Source: Amoebidium appalachense (taxonomy: Eukaryota > Protista > Ichthyosporea). From it: a stretch of 64,000 bases of DNA. Shown here piece after piece: positions 1-35,244 of this stretch; within the stretch, counting starts at the first letter, position 1, and the number at the start of each line of letters is the position of its first letter. The translations under genes were made by a program, and so were the position numbers. The notes beneath the pieces were generated by a model, which saw nothing but the letters and a program-made list of their open reading frames with translations, made no database searches and was not told where the DNA came from. The stretch spans positions 806,001-870,000 of the forward strand of contig CAVNZM010000010.1 in assembly GCA_963693365.1 (NCBI GenBank), given 5' to 3'.

Positions 1-605
1 TCAGTTAGGGTGTGAGAGTGTGATTGAATGGTTGAATTGGTATATTTTCTTTAAAAAAAAGTGCAGTTCAGAGTGTGTTGGCTTAGAAAAAGGGGGGACC
101 GTGTCCCCCCCCTCCCCCCCCCCCCTCCCCGGGGGGTGTTTCCTTGTTTCCTTCTTCTTTATACCCTAACCTGCATTTTCTCACACGTATAGCGTATAGT
201 CATTCCCCGCTCATTCCCGGCTGTTCCACATAGCCTGCACTGCCTTGTTGTGTTTCGCGTTTCCAAATTCGTTACGCGTAATAGCTCCTGCTATGATCTT
301 TAGATGAGTTATGTTAGGCTTCCGAAAAAATCACCTTATCCCCCCCCCCCCCCCCCCCCCCCCACCCCCACACCACCACCACCACCACCACCACCACCAC
401 AGACAAACACCCCCATTTTATTTTTCTTTTCTTTTCACACATACACACACACATTTGCACACACGTGTCACCCCTCCCTCCTCTCCTACTCCCGCACATG
501 GAACATCACTCCACAAACTTGATACTCAGCCACCGGTCTACCCCTACAACACGCACCACACACCTAACCATACACACATGCATGCACGTGTGCACACGAG
601 TGCGC

Positions 606-16752
<16,147 letters not shown>

Positions 16753-16926
16753 ATGGACTCTATTTTTTTTTGAGTCGGTTGCATTTTATTCCTTTTTCAT
16801 CATTGAAATGATTTTTACTTTCCAAGAAACCTTGAGAAGTTTGAATTTATGATGGTGGTGTGTTGCTAATTTTGGAAAAGGCTGTCATCATTTCCTCCCT
16901 CTCTTTCGTTTTCATCCTGGCCTTGT

Positions 16927-17027
<101 letters not shown>

Positions 17028-17144
17028 TTGGGGGCGGGAGGGGGGGAAGGGGGGGGGGGGGGGGGGGGGGGGGTATTTTGGTTTGTGCCCTAGGTTGTAT
17101 GTGGCGAGGGGTTCCGTGCAACATTTTTGAGATGGAAGGAAGAA

Positions 17145-17195
<51 letters not shown>

Positions 17196-19114
17196 TCCTG
17201 CAAATGTGAGAGGACATAATAGTTATGATACAATTGAAAGCGAAGGACTCGCTGCTCTCTTTCCCACGGACAGCTTTCGAATGTGCACAGTCTGGTTTGC
17301 ATTGTGGATTGACTGAGCGAGAAATTACCGGACCAAGACATATCAGGCATGAATATAAATATCGGGTTTAACCCCCGTTTTAAATATTGGACGGTATTGC
17401 AGGCAAAAACCCGAGTCTGTGTGTGTCCCTGAGACGAGGTGAACCTCTGTGAAGGAAACAGAATACAATAATTGTGAAAGCAACCAAGCAAAGAAAAATA
17501 AAAGTGAGTGTGTATTGATTTGGGTGAGTGGGTGCGTGGGTGTGTACGGTGTGTGTGTGTGTTAATGTGTGTGCGTGTGTGTGCGTGCGTGGGCTTGTGT
17601 GTGTGTGCACGTTGTCTATGTATATGTGTGTGTGACACTGTGTGTATGTGTGAGAACGACGGTGACGGTGTGTTTAATACACCGTGTGACACGTTTGGGT
17701 GTGTGGGTGTATGTGTGTGTTACTATGCGTCACGGCATGCATGTGGTCATTGTATTCAGGTTTAGCATGCCATGCATAGGGCCGTTCTTTAGCCTTGTTA
17801 TTCGGTGTGGTTTGAAGTTGTACCGATTTTTCAGGGAACCTTGTAGTCCGATTAGTTATCTATTTTCTATGAGCATCGACGTAGTGTTGGGGCAAAAGCA
17901 GCGCTGGCTGATGCCATGACTCATGGTAGCCCCTCAATGCTGCATGTCCACCCATGTGTGTGTTCTAATTAGGCTACGCCAGGCTGGTGATGCAGAGAGG
18001 GAAGGACAGTGGTATGCTAGCCTACTGTGACAATCACTATATATGATTGCAGAGAGAGGATGGGGGGAAAAGGCAAGATGTGGTGCACCAATGCAAATCT
18101 GGTTATGCAGAGAGGGGGTGAGAAAAATATTTCTGTCTACTAGTACATGTGGTGATGCAGATCGGAGAGAGCGGGATCCTCGAGAAGAACGTGGACGTGC
18201 ACATCTGGTACCGGTGATGCAGAGAGATGGTGAAAAGAACAACCAATGTTTACTAAACAACATATGGTGATGCAGATCTAGAAAGAGAAGGAGACAGGAG
18301 AAGAGCGTGCAGCGCACTGCAGTTGCTTTCTGCTTTCGAAAACGTAGTAGGCCGTCACGTGAGGCTGGGCCCCAGACAGTGTCCATAGCAATAAAACACT
18401 TTCGAATTCTTCTTTTTTTTTCTTTCGCAACACAGGCTCACATCCCCCTTGATCATCGGTGCGCAATCAACCTATCAGCATTTCGGCAGTTCTCCCCCAA
18501 GACTTTTTCCCTTCCGTTTTCTCGTTCATAAACGCTTTTTTTTTTGCCATAGACAGCTCACGCGAACTTGCGAAGCCGCACTTGACTTATGATAGTTTTT
18601 AGGTCATTCCAAAAGTATAGTATAACTTGGCTTCGGTCGCGCTGTTCTTTTAACAACGGTGGTCGGACTGGACGAATTACTTAGTCTAGCGTTTAGTGCA
18701 ACTTCTTTCTGTGTGGCTGTTTCTTACTTAGTTAAATACTCTCCGGCGAGAAAAAGAATTTATAGCTCTACCCTCCCCCCCCCTCCCCCCGCCCCCCCTT
18801 CTCCCTCCCTTTCGTGGGCCCACCAACACTTGAATTTTTTCTTCCAAACCAAGGGCTAAGTTCGCCTTATTTCTGGCAGTTTGCAACGGGACAAACGTAC
18901 TAGTTAGGCAGCAGAATACACCTGCGTGCGAGTTCGTTACGTTGTGTTGCATCAGCAGAAACTCTTTCTACCACTTTGCCAAAAGTCAGACCGCCAACAC
19001 AGGCTTGTGTTGTTTTTCTATCATCTATTCAGTCGTCGTTCTATTTTTCCCTCCGAATTTTCCCTTTGCATTATCAAGCAGTTCAATCAACTAACTGATT
19101 TCTGGCACGTTTCA

Positions 19115-23342
<4,228 letters not shown>

Positions 23343-24087
23343 TACAAGGTTATATCACATCTAAAAATGTTTTTTAGTGGGTGTTTTACCGGTGAAGGCC
23401 CTTCTTTAGGTGTATGTCGACCCCCAGCGGATGTTAATGGACTATGGCATGACGTCGCATCATAACAATAGGCATTAATTGGAATCGACTATTAGTTTTG
23501 CCTATATTTGAGGTGATTGCCTTTTTTGGCGTAGAGAAATGTCTATCGTTTGGGTGAATTAGACTTATTTTACTGCATCACCTTCAAAATGTTCTATTTG
23601 CTTTTCTTTATAGCTTAGTAGGTAGAAAGTTCCGTTCAACTTAGAAACACGTATACACAAACTTTTTTTTTTTTTTTTTTTAAAAAAAAACACCCATCCT
23701 AAAATAGCTACGCATGGCTGATGCCAATGCAGGAACCATATGATGCGTCTTGGATGTGGTGGATTGTTAATGTATGTGGATAATGGCTCTATATCTGTAT
23801 GCTCTGAGTAGGCACATGTATGCACTTTTGACTGGTGGTAAAATCCATGATTTAAGATGCGTTGTGGCAACGGTCCCATACGATTAATACCAATTGCAGC
23901 CTAACAAACTGTCCATTTATCTCGTATCTACAAACATGCAGACACACGCACACACTAACACGTATTCGCACACGCACCAACTCGCATGCGCACGCACACA
24001 CGTGTCTCTCGCACATACGCGTGTGCGCACGCACAGCTCACAGTCACAAGCGCGAGCTGCGGGGTACCCGCGGACATTTGCACGCAT

Positions 24088-24158
<71 letters not shown>

Positions 24159-24480
24159 ACACATTTTTATTTTATTTCATCACGTTTTGTTCCCGGAGGA
24201 CCTCTGCAGGCCCTCTAGGGAAACTACCGTCTACCACACAGCACCGACAGTACACTAATTAGGGTGCTATCTATGTGTTCAGCTAAGCGAACCCATCCTT
24301 CACAATCCTAACTATATAAGTACACACTTTGCCTAGGTTTATTACCCCAGCCACGCCGGCAGGAGGCACCAGTCCTCCCCTTCAATCCAATCCTTAAAAT
24401 AAACGTTAGCCACGGTCTTCATTGGTCGATCTACAGTCGTGGAATGTCTGATGTGTTGTGTGTTGTGTTTACGGGGGATA

Positions 24481-24579
24481 CAGAGGCCGTCCGCCCTTAA
24501 GATCCTACGCTTTTAAAGGGGTTGGGACGCAATCTTATTTTCAATTAGAGGGTCAAATTTTGGTCGTGTCCATAATCTT

Positions 24580-24619
<40 letters not shown>

Positions 24620-25062
24620 CTTAGCGAGGGGGGCTTAGCGAATAATTGCAACCTGAAGGGGTGGTAGCGGATCCGCTTGCACGGGCTACTATTTGTGGTG
24701 GTGATGGTGGTGGTGGGGGGGGGGTGGGGGGAGGGTGGGGGGGGGGGGGGGGGGGGGGGCGGGGGGTAGTAGCCGTACAAAGGAAAGGGGGGGGGGAGGC
24801 TATGGGGCAGTCAGGGCAGGAAGGGTCGCAAAAGTCGCAAAGGCATTGTGAAGCCTAAACAAAATGCTGAAAAAGTCATTTTGGGGGGACCATTATGGTG
24901 TTATACAGCGTGAAAATATTCCCCCCGTTCCTCATCTTCGAATTCCCAATGTGCGATAAGATTGTCCCGAAAACAGACCCATCGGCTCAATCTTAAAATT
25001 TTGGCAAAATCGGCGTCGACGGAATCTTGTTGGCGGACAATCTTAAGGGCGGACGGCCTCTG
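24481..25062. mobile_element. Tc1/mariner-type MITE (TA TSD)
   Basis: TA|CAGAGGCCGTCCGCCCTTAAGAT at 24479-24503 and perfect reverse complement ATCTTAAGGGCGGACGGCCTCTG|TA at 25040-25064. Confidence 0.88.
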
Positions 25063-25770
25063 TAGGGGCGGCAGTGGGGTGTGGTGGTGACCGGTGGGGG
25101 AGGGGGTTGGGGGGGGGGGGGGGGGGGGTTGCTGCCTAATAATATGTGCTGTGTGTGTTGGTGTACATACTGTGTCAACGGTTAGTACTGCTATTGTGAA
25201 CTAAAAGGTGTGGTTTGCAGGGCACTGCAGCCGTGTGTCTGTGTGTGTGCCAGCAGTCCGGGCAGGCTGGCCGTGGATGTGTGGGGTGTCACGGTGCACA
25301 TGTGTGTGCATGTGTTTTTTGATTTTGGGGTGTGCCGTGTTTTTCTTTCTACGGGTGGTGGTGACGTGTGGTGGTGTTTTTGCATTTTGGGGTGGGTGGG
25401 TGGGAGTGTGGTGTTACTTGGGTGCCAAATTCTTGAAAAGAAAAACGACTGCAATTCTACTGTGATTTTCCTATGATGATGCGGTACACTTGCACATAGA
25501 TAGTATGGGACTAATATATATATGGGATGGCCCGGTGTGGCAACGGTGACAGACTCCCCAGAAATTCAGCAGAGTCTGTTTGAAATGGTAGAGCACTGGT
25601 GTACATAAATTTGCTGGGATGGTGAAATCAGATAGTGTAACAGTTGGGATATGAAGATCAATGTACATACCAACTTGTTCTGAGTGCTGCGATATGTATT
25701 ACAACGTATTATGGTATTTGATATCGCCATTTCACTTTGAAACTTATCATGCACACACAAGCATGCACAT

Positions 25771-25815
<45 letters not shown>

Positions 25816-25832
25816 CATACACACACACACAT

Positions 25833-25876
<44 letters not shown>

Positions 25877-26039
25877 ACCCACGCACGCATGCACGCGCGC
25901 ACGCACGCGCGCACCCACGCACGCACGCACGCACGCACGCGCACATACGCACACGGCACGCACGCACGCATGCGCACATGCACGTGCAGGGTACTGCTGA
26001 AAGCTGAGAAAAGAAACTGGTATCAAGGTACATAGAGCA

Positions 26040-26813
26040 CACAAACACTCTAACTCAGAGTAGGCATACAGCAGTGTGTAGATGCTAATCGAGATAATAG
26101 TGCGCGTGTTGACAAGAGGCTACTATTACACTCCGACTTTCCTTGGCTTTCTTAGTACCACCCTCTATCCATATTTACACTATCCTATGATCTTGGTGAG
26201 CCGGACACGGCCAGGGTGTGACGATAATACAGAGCCTGCAGTGCTTGATACGTTGAAGTTGGAAATGCTGGTGGAGGCCGATCAGTCTTGACACGTGCAT
26301 GGGTGTAGCTCAGATATAGTGTAAATGGATCTGAGCTACATACCTATACACCCGTGCACGTGTCAAGACTGATCGGTGTGCTTTCTTCGCCATCAACATG
26401 TACCGCCCTCATGGACTGCTCCCCACGTGCACCCCGGGGGTCAACCTTCTGTGTTCTTCTGGTTGGCTCTGTTGGCCACCGGTACCTGCACCCTCTTCAC
26501 CGGCTACCTCTACGTTTCCACCGTCAACCTGGGACAGCCAACCACCACCGTCACCGACTACTCCGACCCCGGATTCATCAACGCATCCACCAGCATTTCC
26601 AACGGCAACGTATCAAGCACTGCAGGCTCTGTATCATCGTCACACCCTGGCCGTGTCCGCCTCACCAAGGTATCTGTAGTGTAATGGATAGAGAGTGGTA
26701 CTAATAAAGTCAAGGGAAGGAGTGTAATCTGAGCAAGATCTTGTCAACACGCGCACTATTGTCTCGAGAGTATCTACACTGCTGTATGCCTACTCTGAGT
26801 TAGAGTGTTTGTG
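26040..26813. repeat. Long inverted repeat (~235-bp arms) enclosing a second ~100-nt hairpin
   Basis: 26040-26275 is an imperfect reverse complement of ~26586-26813; inner hairpin CCGATCAGTCTTGACACGTGCA...TGCACGTGTCAAGACTGATCGG at 26278-26376. Confidence 0.9.
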
Positions 26814-26826
26814 GTTGACCGGGGCT

Positions 26827-26841
26827 GCTCTTTATATAGTT
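26827..26841 (-). promoter_or_regulatory. Putative TATA box pointing into the hairpin
   Basis: Minus strand AACTATATAAAGAGC; an identical 15-mer lies upstream of the EEP gene (46520-46534); CCAAT at ~26870. Confidence 0.45.
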
Positions 26842-27552
26842 TTCGCGGAGAGCCCAGTCTGCACATGATCCAATAGGAGAGGACTTGTATTTTCCATTCC
26901 CAGCCTCGGACGGAGGCTGGGTTTTTCCCAGCCTCGGTCGGAGGCTGGGTTTTAGGAGATAGAGAGGGGTATGGGGGGAGGAAAGACTGAGCTGTTTGGC
27001 GCCGCAATCAGCTAGCGGAATAGATGGTGGGAACCTCCAATCAGGTGCGTTAATCTAAGCGGATCTAGGAGTGTGGCGTTTTTGGAACTGTTGGCCAATT
27101 AAACGCCTTAAAAAAAAAGCAAGGCCTTACCGGGCTAAAGTTTTGGTGACATTAATCGGAAATGGCATTGTGTGATTGGTGCATTGAAAGTTAGATCATC
27201 TGTCGACAATCGTAAATTGCTGATTGGCCATCTAACTTTAATTGAATAAAGCATAGAAAACGCAGGCGCATGGATCTATAAAACATGTGATCGTCTGCCA
27301 ATCACCTATTCTACCGAGGTCTGGAGCGATGCATTCCGCATCGTGATGCTATTAAGGGATACGGGATCGGCGATTTTGAGTGGTCCCCGATTTCTTTCTG
27401 GCGCCGCCTTTTTTTCCCCTGATTACGTAACGCGTTGCTACGCACCCACACCGTACAACGAGTTTTGTGTTCGCACGTTAACGCAGAGGGCGCACAACCC
27501 GAAAGAATTTTTTTCATGAAAAGAAACTACTTTGAATACATGCACTTTTACC

Positions 27553-28940
27553 ATGGGTGTGCAGGGCTTGCTCCCAGCACTCGGCATTAGTGCCGAAAAA
27601 GCCACAGATGTTACTGCAGAGTTGCAACGTGGGGTAGTTGCTTTTGACGGGATGGTGCAGGTCCACAAGTCCTTTTCAGTTTTCGCTGACACAGTAGCCA
27701 AACAGCAAATAGATGACAAAAAAGTCACAGACGACACATATGCTGCTATTGCAAATCACTTTTATGTCCAAAGTTAATACGTATAGGCTAGCAGGGGTCC
27801 AGCCACACTATGTGTTTGATGGGCGCAGATTGAAAGAGGGAAAACTAGTTGATAACGACCGTGCAGAAAAGGTGGTCAAAGCCCGCCAAGAAATAGCCAC
27901 AAAAAGAGAGAAACAGGAGGAGGTAATTAAAACCAACTTGAAATGGAGAAGCGCTGCAGAGTTAGATAACAGAGTTTTACATGCAATCATCCTTAGACTG
28001 AAAGATGAGAATGTCGATTACACAGTAGCTCCATACGAAGCAGACCCCCAGCTTGCCTATATGGCACGTACCGGTTTGGCACACACTGTTGTCACTGAGG
28101 ATGCCGACCTTCTTCTGTATAACATCCCGCGGGTTGTATACAAACTGCGCATTGCGGATGCGGCGGTCATCCCTGGGACCGCTAATGCGGTGCGCATTCC
28201 CAAACTGTACGGAGTGATTGTAACCCCCGCCGATGTTTTTACCAGAAGCACAAAGTACAACTTCGACGGATGGGATATAGAAATACTGCGTTATTTTGCT
28301 ATTGTGAATGGCTGTGATTATGTGAAAAAGCTCAGGGGAATCGGCATGGGCACTTTGCACGCAGCTGTAAGTGAGGCGTGCCGGGCCTGGGGACGCGAGG
28401 GAAGGCCGGTAGCTGCGGGGGTTGTGTTCACAGATCTGCTCCAGCATATCCAACGGGTCAGAAAGGGGAAAAGAGGGAAGGAAAAGCCCGTTAAAAGCAC
28501 AGAAAACAAGCAGGGTGGGGACGAACGGGCAGGAAGAGTCGAAATCGGACGGAAAGGAGGTGAAGCAGTGGAGGAAGAGGTTGAGTGGTGGGATCTTGAA
28601 TACGAACATGGAACGTATGAAAACGGGGCTGAGGTGATGAGGTTATAGAGATGCAATGATGAGGGTGAAGAGGTTATAGAGATGCAATATGCAGATGGTA
28701 CGAAAAAGAGGCGGATAGTAGGACCAAGTGTAGAAGAATTGGCCCAATCATACAAGCCTGACCTTGTAGGGCTCCGTGCATTTGTACAGCAAATAGACCC
28801 TACTGGACACAAGTATAGTTTTACCTGGAATGAAAAGTTTATGGTGCAAATGTATCCATCCCATCATACAGGGCAGAAAACCACAAAAAGTGGAAGAAGA
28901 AGAAGAAGAACACGAACACTGAAAATGCAACTGAATGATT
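27553..28940 (+). pseudogene. Intronless EXO1/XPG-FEN1 family PIN 5'-nuclease, frameshifted
   Basis: MGVQGLLPAL..VVAFDGMVQVHK (XPG-N); frameshift in TTTT at ~27761; GVQPHYVFDG, YTVAPYEADPQLAYM, VVTEDADLLLY (XPG-I), IVNGCDYVKKLRGIG (H3TH); second break at ~28630-28690 from a duplicated GAGGTTATAGAGATGCAAT. Confidence 0.9.
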
Positions 28941-29004
28941 CTGTTTTCCTTCCTTTTTTTTTTTTTTTTTTTTTTTTTTTTGTTTACGTTATCTTTCATA
29001 ATGT

Positions 29005-29035
<31 letters not shown>

Positions 29036-31836
29036 GGGGGGGGTTAGTAATCTTCTGACCGATCTAGTGAACCTGTAATGAATGAATGAAGACCGTGTGT
29101 CAAATCTGAGAGCAATGTACCAGACCCTGGTGCCTGCATATGTTTCCTACCCCCCCCCACCCCCCCCACCCCTCCCCCCGGTCCCTCCTCCCCCCTTGGT
29201 GTTTGCATACGTGCCTACCTGCCCCCCCCCCCCCCCCCCCCCCCCCCCGCGGATCAGCAAACTTCATCCGGCATCCGAAACCCATCTTATATATCATTTT
29301 GATATATGGCATACCAAACCCCACCCTAAATACGTCAAAAAGAGCCTGACAAGATATCATAGAATTCCCGGATAGAACCCATCAGATCCCTATCAATGAT
29401 ATCTTTGATAGGGTTCGGATTGGTTATGGTATGGCGCATATCCGAAACCCATCCTTTGCTGATATCCTTACGATATCCTTACGATATCATAGAAAACCAC
29501 GATGGTTTTGGTTTTTGACCGAAAATCTCAAAATTTCCTCATAGCATTATGATATCCATATGCTATCCTAGTGATATGTATGTTAGCAAGGTCATAATAG
29601 CTCTTTTGGATATGTTTCACATACGTTTAGGATATTGGTGCCCCAAACGATATCTGTTAGATGTCTTTGTTATAGCCTACAGATATCCCTCATTATAGAA
29701 TATCTTAATCCCATCCAATACGCATTACATGACGATATCTACCTGATGTCGTGGGACAATACAAATTGATATCCACGTGATATCTGATGGATAACATGTA
29801 TGCTTATAAATTGAATATAATACAGATGTTGTTTTGATATCGTCTGGACATCGTTGTGATGTACCTACAACCATTTTTTTGATATCGTTATGCGCCCATG
29901 GGGGTAATCCAGAAGATACCCTTGTACACAACCAGTAGGCATGTTGAAGACATCCTTTTGATATCCTTTCGGATATCCCTTTGTCCACAGGCCCAAGATA
30001 TGATATCTAATTCATATCATTGTACAGGTCGTAAGGATATGTACCAAATATATCTAAATAAAGACTTGTGATATATGTGATTGGTATGTGTAAGATGCCC
30101 CTATGTACATCAATGTGATATGCTGTAACTTATCATTTGAATATCCCGCTCTGTCTAAAACGGCAGCATTGTGGGTATCCTTTTGATATTCTTTTTGATA
30201 TCCCTTTTATATTCAATATGTTATCTGTTTTTGGTCCTACATCTCAAACATATCACAACTGCCTCTTTGCAGGCCCAAGCTACGATATCTAATTCATATC
30301 TTTGTACACGTCGTAAGGATATGTACCTGATATATCTAAATAAAGACTAGTGAGTTGTGTGATTGATATCGGTAAGATGTCGCTATGTACATCAATGTGA
30401 TATGCTGTAACCTATCATTTGAATATCCTAATCTGTCCAGAGCAGTAGTCCACGAGGTATCATCTACATATCTTTTAGAGGCCCTTAGATTATCATTGCG
30501 ATATCCGCATAGGGATATATTTATATATCGAATTCATAAGTATATGATACATAAGCTTGCCATCCCAGTGATATCTAAGCGGCAGTATTGTGGATATTAG
30601 AAAGATATCAGAAGAACATCCGTGCAGTAGAAGGTCAGTGTCTTTTGTAAGTACATCAATGTGATATCTAAACGGCAGCATTGTGGATATTAGAAAGATA
30701 TCAGAAGAACAATCGAAAAATCCTTTAGATGTCTATTAGATGTCCGATGAGAATGGTTGCGATATACGCGCAAAGAAAATTTTTGTGATCAAGCCAGCTG
30801 AGCAATCGTTGGGAAACCCGCCAATTACTCACACGGGGCATTGCGGGGCTCATTGCGGCCATCTGAATGTGATGGTGGCATGGCCATTTATATAGGGCCA
30901 GGAAATCACTTTTCCGTTCGATTGTGGGACGAAAATCACAAAATGGCAAACCCGATTTTGATTGGTTGTTATTCTTCAAAACGGCATGCTCAGGGTCACC
31001 CAACTGTGATCAGCCAATCACGTTTCATGTTTAATTGAGATTATCGCATACATCTAATGAAGATATGTTTCTGCCATCTTTACGACATCGCAACGACCTG
31101 ATCTTCTATGGTCTGATCTTGTACATATCCCACAGGGGTCATAAACATCTCATAATGATATTTGTTAGATAAACACGCAACCACAACGGCCGCAAATAAA
31201 ACTAAATTACCCCATTTGGCAAGTGCCATCTGGCAGAGTGTAAATTGCGAACGTCCGAAACACTAAACACTAGGCAAAATAGAGCAATCTAGTAACTACA
31301 TAGTACCAATTTCGAGCATCGAAGCAGGAAAATGGTTATTTATTGCAATTTTATATTTTGTGTGTTCCGAGGATGTTACCACCTTTGAAGGTTTATTAGC
31401 GCCTGAAAACAATACCTTACTGCATTAGGGCGGGTGCACATCACAGGCACGTGCACATTCTCCGGACACCAGATGATATATCGCAAGATATCCGTACGAT
31501 ATCTAATGTATGTATTGTTGATATCATTCTATTCTCATGCATCGTAGTTATAATGAACGTTACCATTTTATGACTATTTATGATATAAAACGCTAGTTAC
31601 GCTTGTGCTTTCTATAACCGGTAACGCACGTTAACATTATGCCTCCGCGCGCGTGAACTACAAAGTATGTGAAAACTGCAACGTAGTGATACACACTCTT
31701 CTTCTGAACCTATGTCGTCAATCATGACACACACACACACACACACACACAGCGAGACACGCACGCTGCCACACACACACACACAAACACACACACACAG
31801 AGAGAGATACACACACACAGACAGACACGTTGCCCT

Positions 31837-31867
<31 letters not shown>

Positions 31868-31900
31868 GCCACACACACACACACACACACAGGCACGTTG

Positions 31901-31987
<87 letters not shown>

Positions 31988-32000
31988 ACCATGCGCACCT

Positions 32001-32050
<50 letters not shown>

Positions 32051-32125
32051 ACACACACACACGTACATACACACACCCAAACACATGCCCGTGTGCACGT
32101 ACATCGGTAGACACGAACGCGCGAG

Positions 32126-32161
<36 letters not shown>

Positions 32162-32270
32162 GTTCACATAAAGACAGGGTACACCACGGTTGCCTCGATA
32201 TTCCTCTGTTCTTTATCTACACATTCTCGGCTCACTCTCCCGTTCATAAAATATCTCCTCCCTTGTAGCA

Positions 32271-34182
32271 CCTTGTAGCATAGTATATGTACATATGTTA
32301 CCTAGACATTATTGGTTTTTCAATAACTACCCACAGAACAGCCTCTAGCACGAGAAATTTACCACAACGTTTATGGGGGGGATGGTAAATGTGCCCCTGG
32401 AGTACGAGGGTCACACGAAAAAAACACAACCTTGTAGCTCGAATAGAACCCCCCTTGTAGCATAGTATAAGTACATGTGTTACCTAGACATTATTCGTTT
32501 TTTCAATAACTACCCACAGAACAGCTTCTAGCACGAGAGCTTTACCACAAAGTTTATGGGGGGGATGGTGAATGTGCCCCTGGAGTACGAGGGTCACACG
32601 AAAAAAACACAACGTTGTAGCTCGTATAGAACCCCCCTTGTAGCATAGTATATGTACATAGTATGTTACCTAGACATTATTGGTTTTTTCAATAACTACC
32701 CACAGAACAGCTTCTAGCACGAGACATTTACCACAAAGTTTATGGGGGAGATGGTGAATGTGCCCCTGGAGTACGAGGGTCACACGAAAAAAACACAATG
32801 TTGTAGCTCGAATAGACCCCCCTTGTAGCATAGTATATGTCCATGTGTTACCTAGACATTATTGGTTGTTTCAATAACTACCCACAGAACAGCTTCTAGC
32901 ACGAGACATTTACCACAACGTGTATGGGGGGGATGTTGAATGTGCCCCTGGAGTACAAGGGTCACACGAAAAAAACACAACGTTGTAGCTCGTATAGAAC
33001 CCCCCTTGTAGCATAGTATATGTACATAGTATGTTACCTAGACATTATTGGTTTTTTCAATAACTACCCACAGAACAGCTTCTAGCACGAGAGCTTTACC
33101 ACAACGTTTATGGGGGGGATGGTGAATGTGCCCCTGGAGTACGAGGGTCACACGAAAAAAACACAACGTTGTAGCTCGTATAGAACCCCCCTTGTAGCAT
33201 AGTATATGTACATATGTTACCTAGACATTATTGGTTTTTCAATAGCTACCCACAGAACAGCCTCTAGCACGAGAGATTTACCACAAAGTTTATGGGGTGG
33301 ATGGTGAATGTGCCCCTGGAGTACGAGGGTCACACGAAAAAAACACAACATTGTAGCTAGAATAGAACCCCCCTTGTAGCATAGTATAAGTACATGTGTT
33401 ACCTAGACATTATTCGTTTTTTCAATAACTACCCACAGAACAGCTTCTAGCACGAGAGCTTTACCACAACGTGTATGGGGGGGATGGTGAATGTGCCCCT
33501 GGAGTACGAGGGTCACACGAAAAAAGCACAACGTTGTAGCTCGTATAGAACCCCCCTTGTAGCATAGTATATGTACATAGTATGTTACCTAGACATTATT
33601 GGTTTTTTCAATAACTACCCACAGAACAGCTTCTAGCACGAGAGCTTTACCACAACGTTTATGGGGGGGATGGTGAATGTGCCCCTGGAGTACGAGGGTC
33701 ACACGAAAAAAACACAACGTTGTAGCTCGTATAGAACCCCCCTTGTAGCATAGTATATGTACATATATATGTTACCTAGACATTATTGGTTTTTCAATAA
33801 CTACCCACAGAACAGCCTCTAGGACGAGAGATTTACCACAACGTTTATGGGGTGGATGGTGAATTTGCCCCTGGAGTACGAGGGTCACACGAAAAAAACA
33901 CAACATTGTAGCTCGAATAGAACCCCCCTTGTAGCATAGCATATGTACATGTGTTACCTAGACATTATTCGTTTTTTCAATAACTACCCACAGAACAGCT
34001 TCTAGCACGAGAACTTTACCACAAAGTTTATGGGGGGGATGGTGAATGTGCCCCTGGAGTACGAGGGTCACACGAAAAAAACACAACGTTGTAGCTCGTA
34101 TAGAACCCCCTTTGTAGCATAGTATATGTACATCATACGGTATGTTACCTAGACATTATTGGTTTTTTCAATAACTACCCAC
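32271..34182 (+). repeat. ~184-bp satellite array, ~10.4 copies
   Basis: Unit CCTTGTAGCATAGTATATGTAC...CAATAACTACCCACAGAACAGC...GGAGTACGAGGGTCACACGAAAAAAACACAAC...AGAACCCC starts at ~32271, 32453, 32636, 32821, 33004, 33190, 33372, 33555, 33740, 33927, 34110. Confidence 0.97.
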
Positions 34183-34293
34183 ATGCGGCATGTGTTACTT
34201 TCACGTTATTGGTTTCCTAGCACGGGATATTCAGCACACAGTTGGGGATGTGGGGGCAGTGTACACCTCAATATTGGTAAGGTGGTGGGTGGG

Positions 34294-34332
<39 letters not shown>

Positions 34333-34868
34333 CCACACAACCGAAACTGTCGGTGTTACAAGTGGTTCGGTCTTAAGAAGTTAGAACGGTGATTTTTTAA
34401 TTAATAGCGGGAAACAATATTATCCCCATTGCATATGGGGGGAACGAGGAGGGGGGGAGGGGGGGGGGGGGGGGGGGTTCACAACGAATTCTATCGACTG
34501 TGCATAATTAATGTATATTGCACATGTAGCCTGAAAGATTAAAGTGAATGTGTGTATGTATATGGGCGAGTATATTTGTGTATGCAATACATGTACAATG
34601 TTTTCGTCTTTGTAGGTGGGTGGGTGGGGTGGGTGGGGGGGGGGGGGGGGGGGGGGTGCGCGGGGGGGGAAGAGGGAGGGGGGAGGGGGCATCATGATCA
34701 GGGATAACAGGGTGTGTGCGTGTGTGCGCTTGTGTGTGCATGTGCTGTGTGTGTTGTGTAGGTGTGCGCCTGTGTGTGTGTGCGTGCCTGTGTGTGCGCG
34801 CCTGTGTGTGTGTGTGTGTGTGTGTGTGCAGTGTGCATGTGTGAGTGTGTGTGCGTGCGCGCGTGCGC

Positions 34869-34899
<31 letters not shown>

Positions 34900-35244
34900 T
34901 GTGATTTCAAAGAAGTCGAAAGCGCCAGTGACACCCATGTTGAAAAAAAGACAAGCAAGCACGCTAAGAAGGACAGCAAGAAGTAACAGAAACCCTTTCA
35001 TGCCGAAAAAATGGTCAAGAACAAAGAAGTGGAGGACACGTAACTATAGCCTGATAGTTGTGACTAAGGGCACTAAGGGTAGCGCTAAGGGCACCAAGCT
35101 GATGCACGCGCGCGCGCGAGCCGAAATCTATTTTTATCTTTTTCCTAATCAGGCGCGGCGAATAGTGATTGGCTAAATCCCAATCCGGTTTGCAATTTTT
35201 TTCTCCATTTAAGCCTGTACGCACGTTGTTTTCTCCATTTCTCT

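Noticed and set aside
25173-26114. TGTCAAC...GTTGACA as a solo LTR
   Set aside because: Flanks TACTG and AGAGG are not a TSD, and there is no PBS.
27553-28940. Host EXO1 gene
   Set aside because: Intronless, frameshifted and enclosed by TIRs, so no gene symbol was assigned.
32271-34182. Regular array as a possible CRISPR
   Set aside because: The whole 184-bp unit repeats with no unique spacers, there are no cas genes, and the context is eukaryotic.
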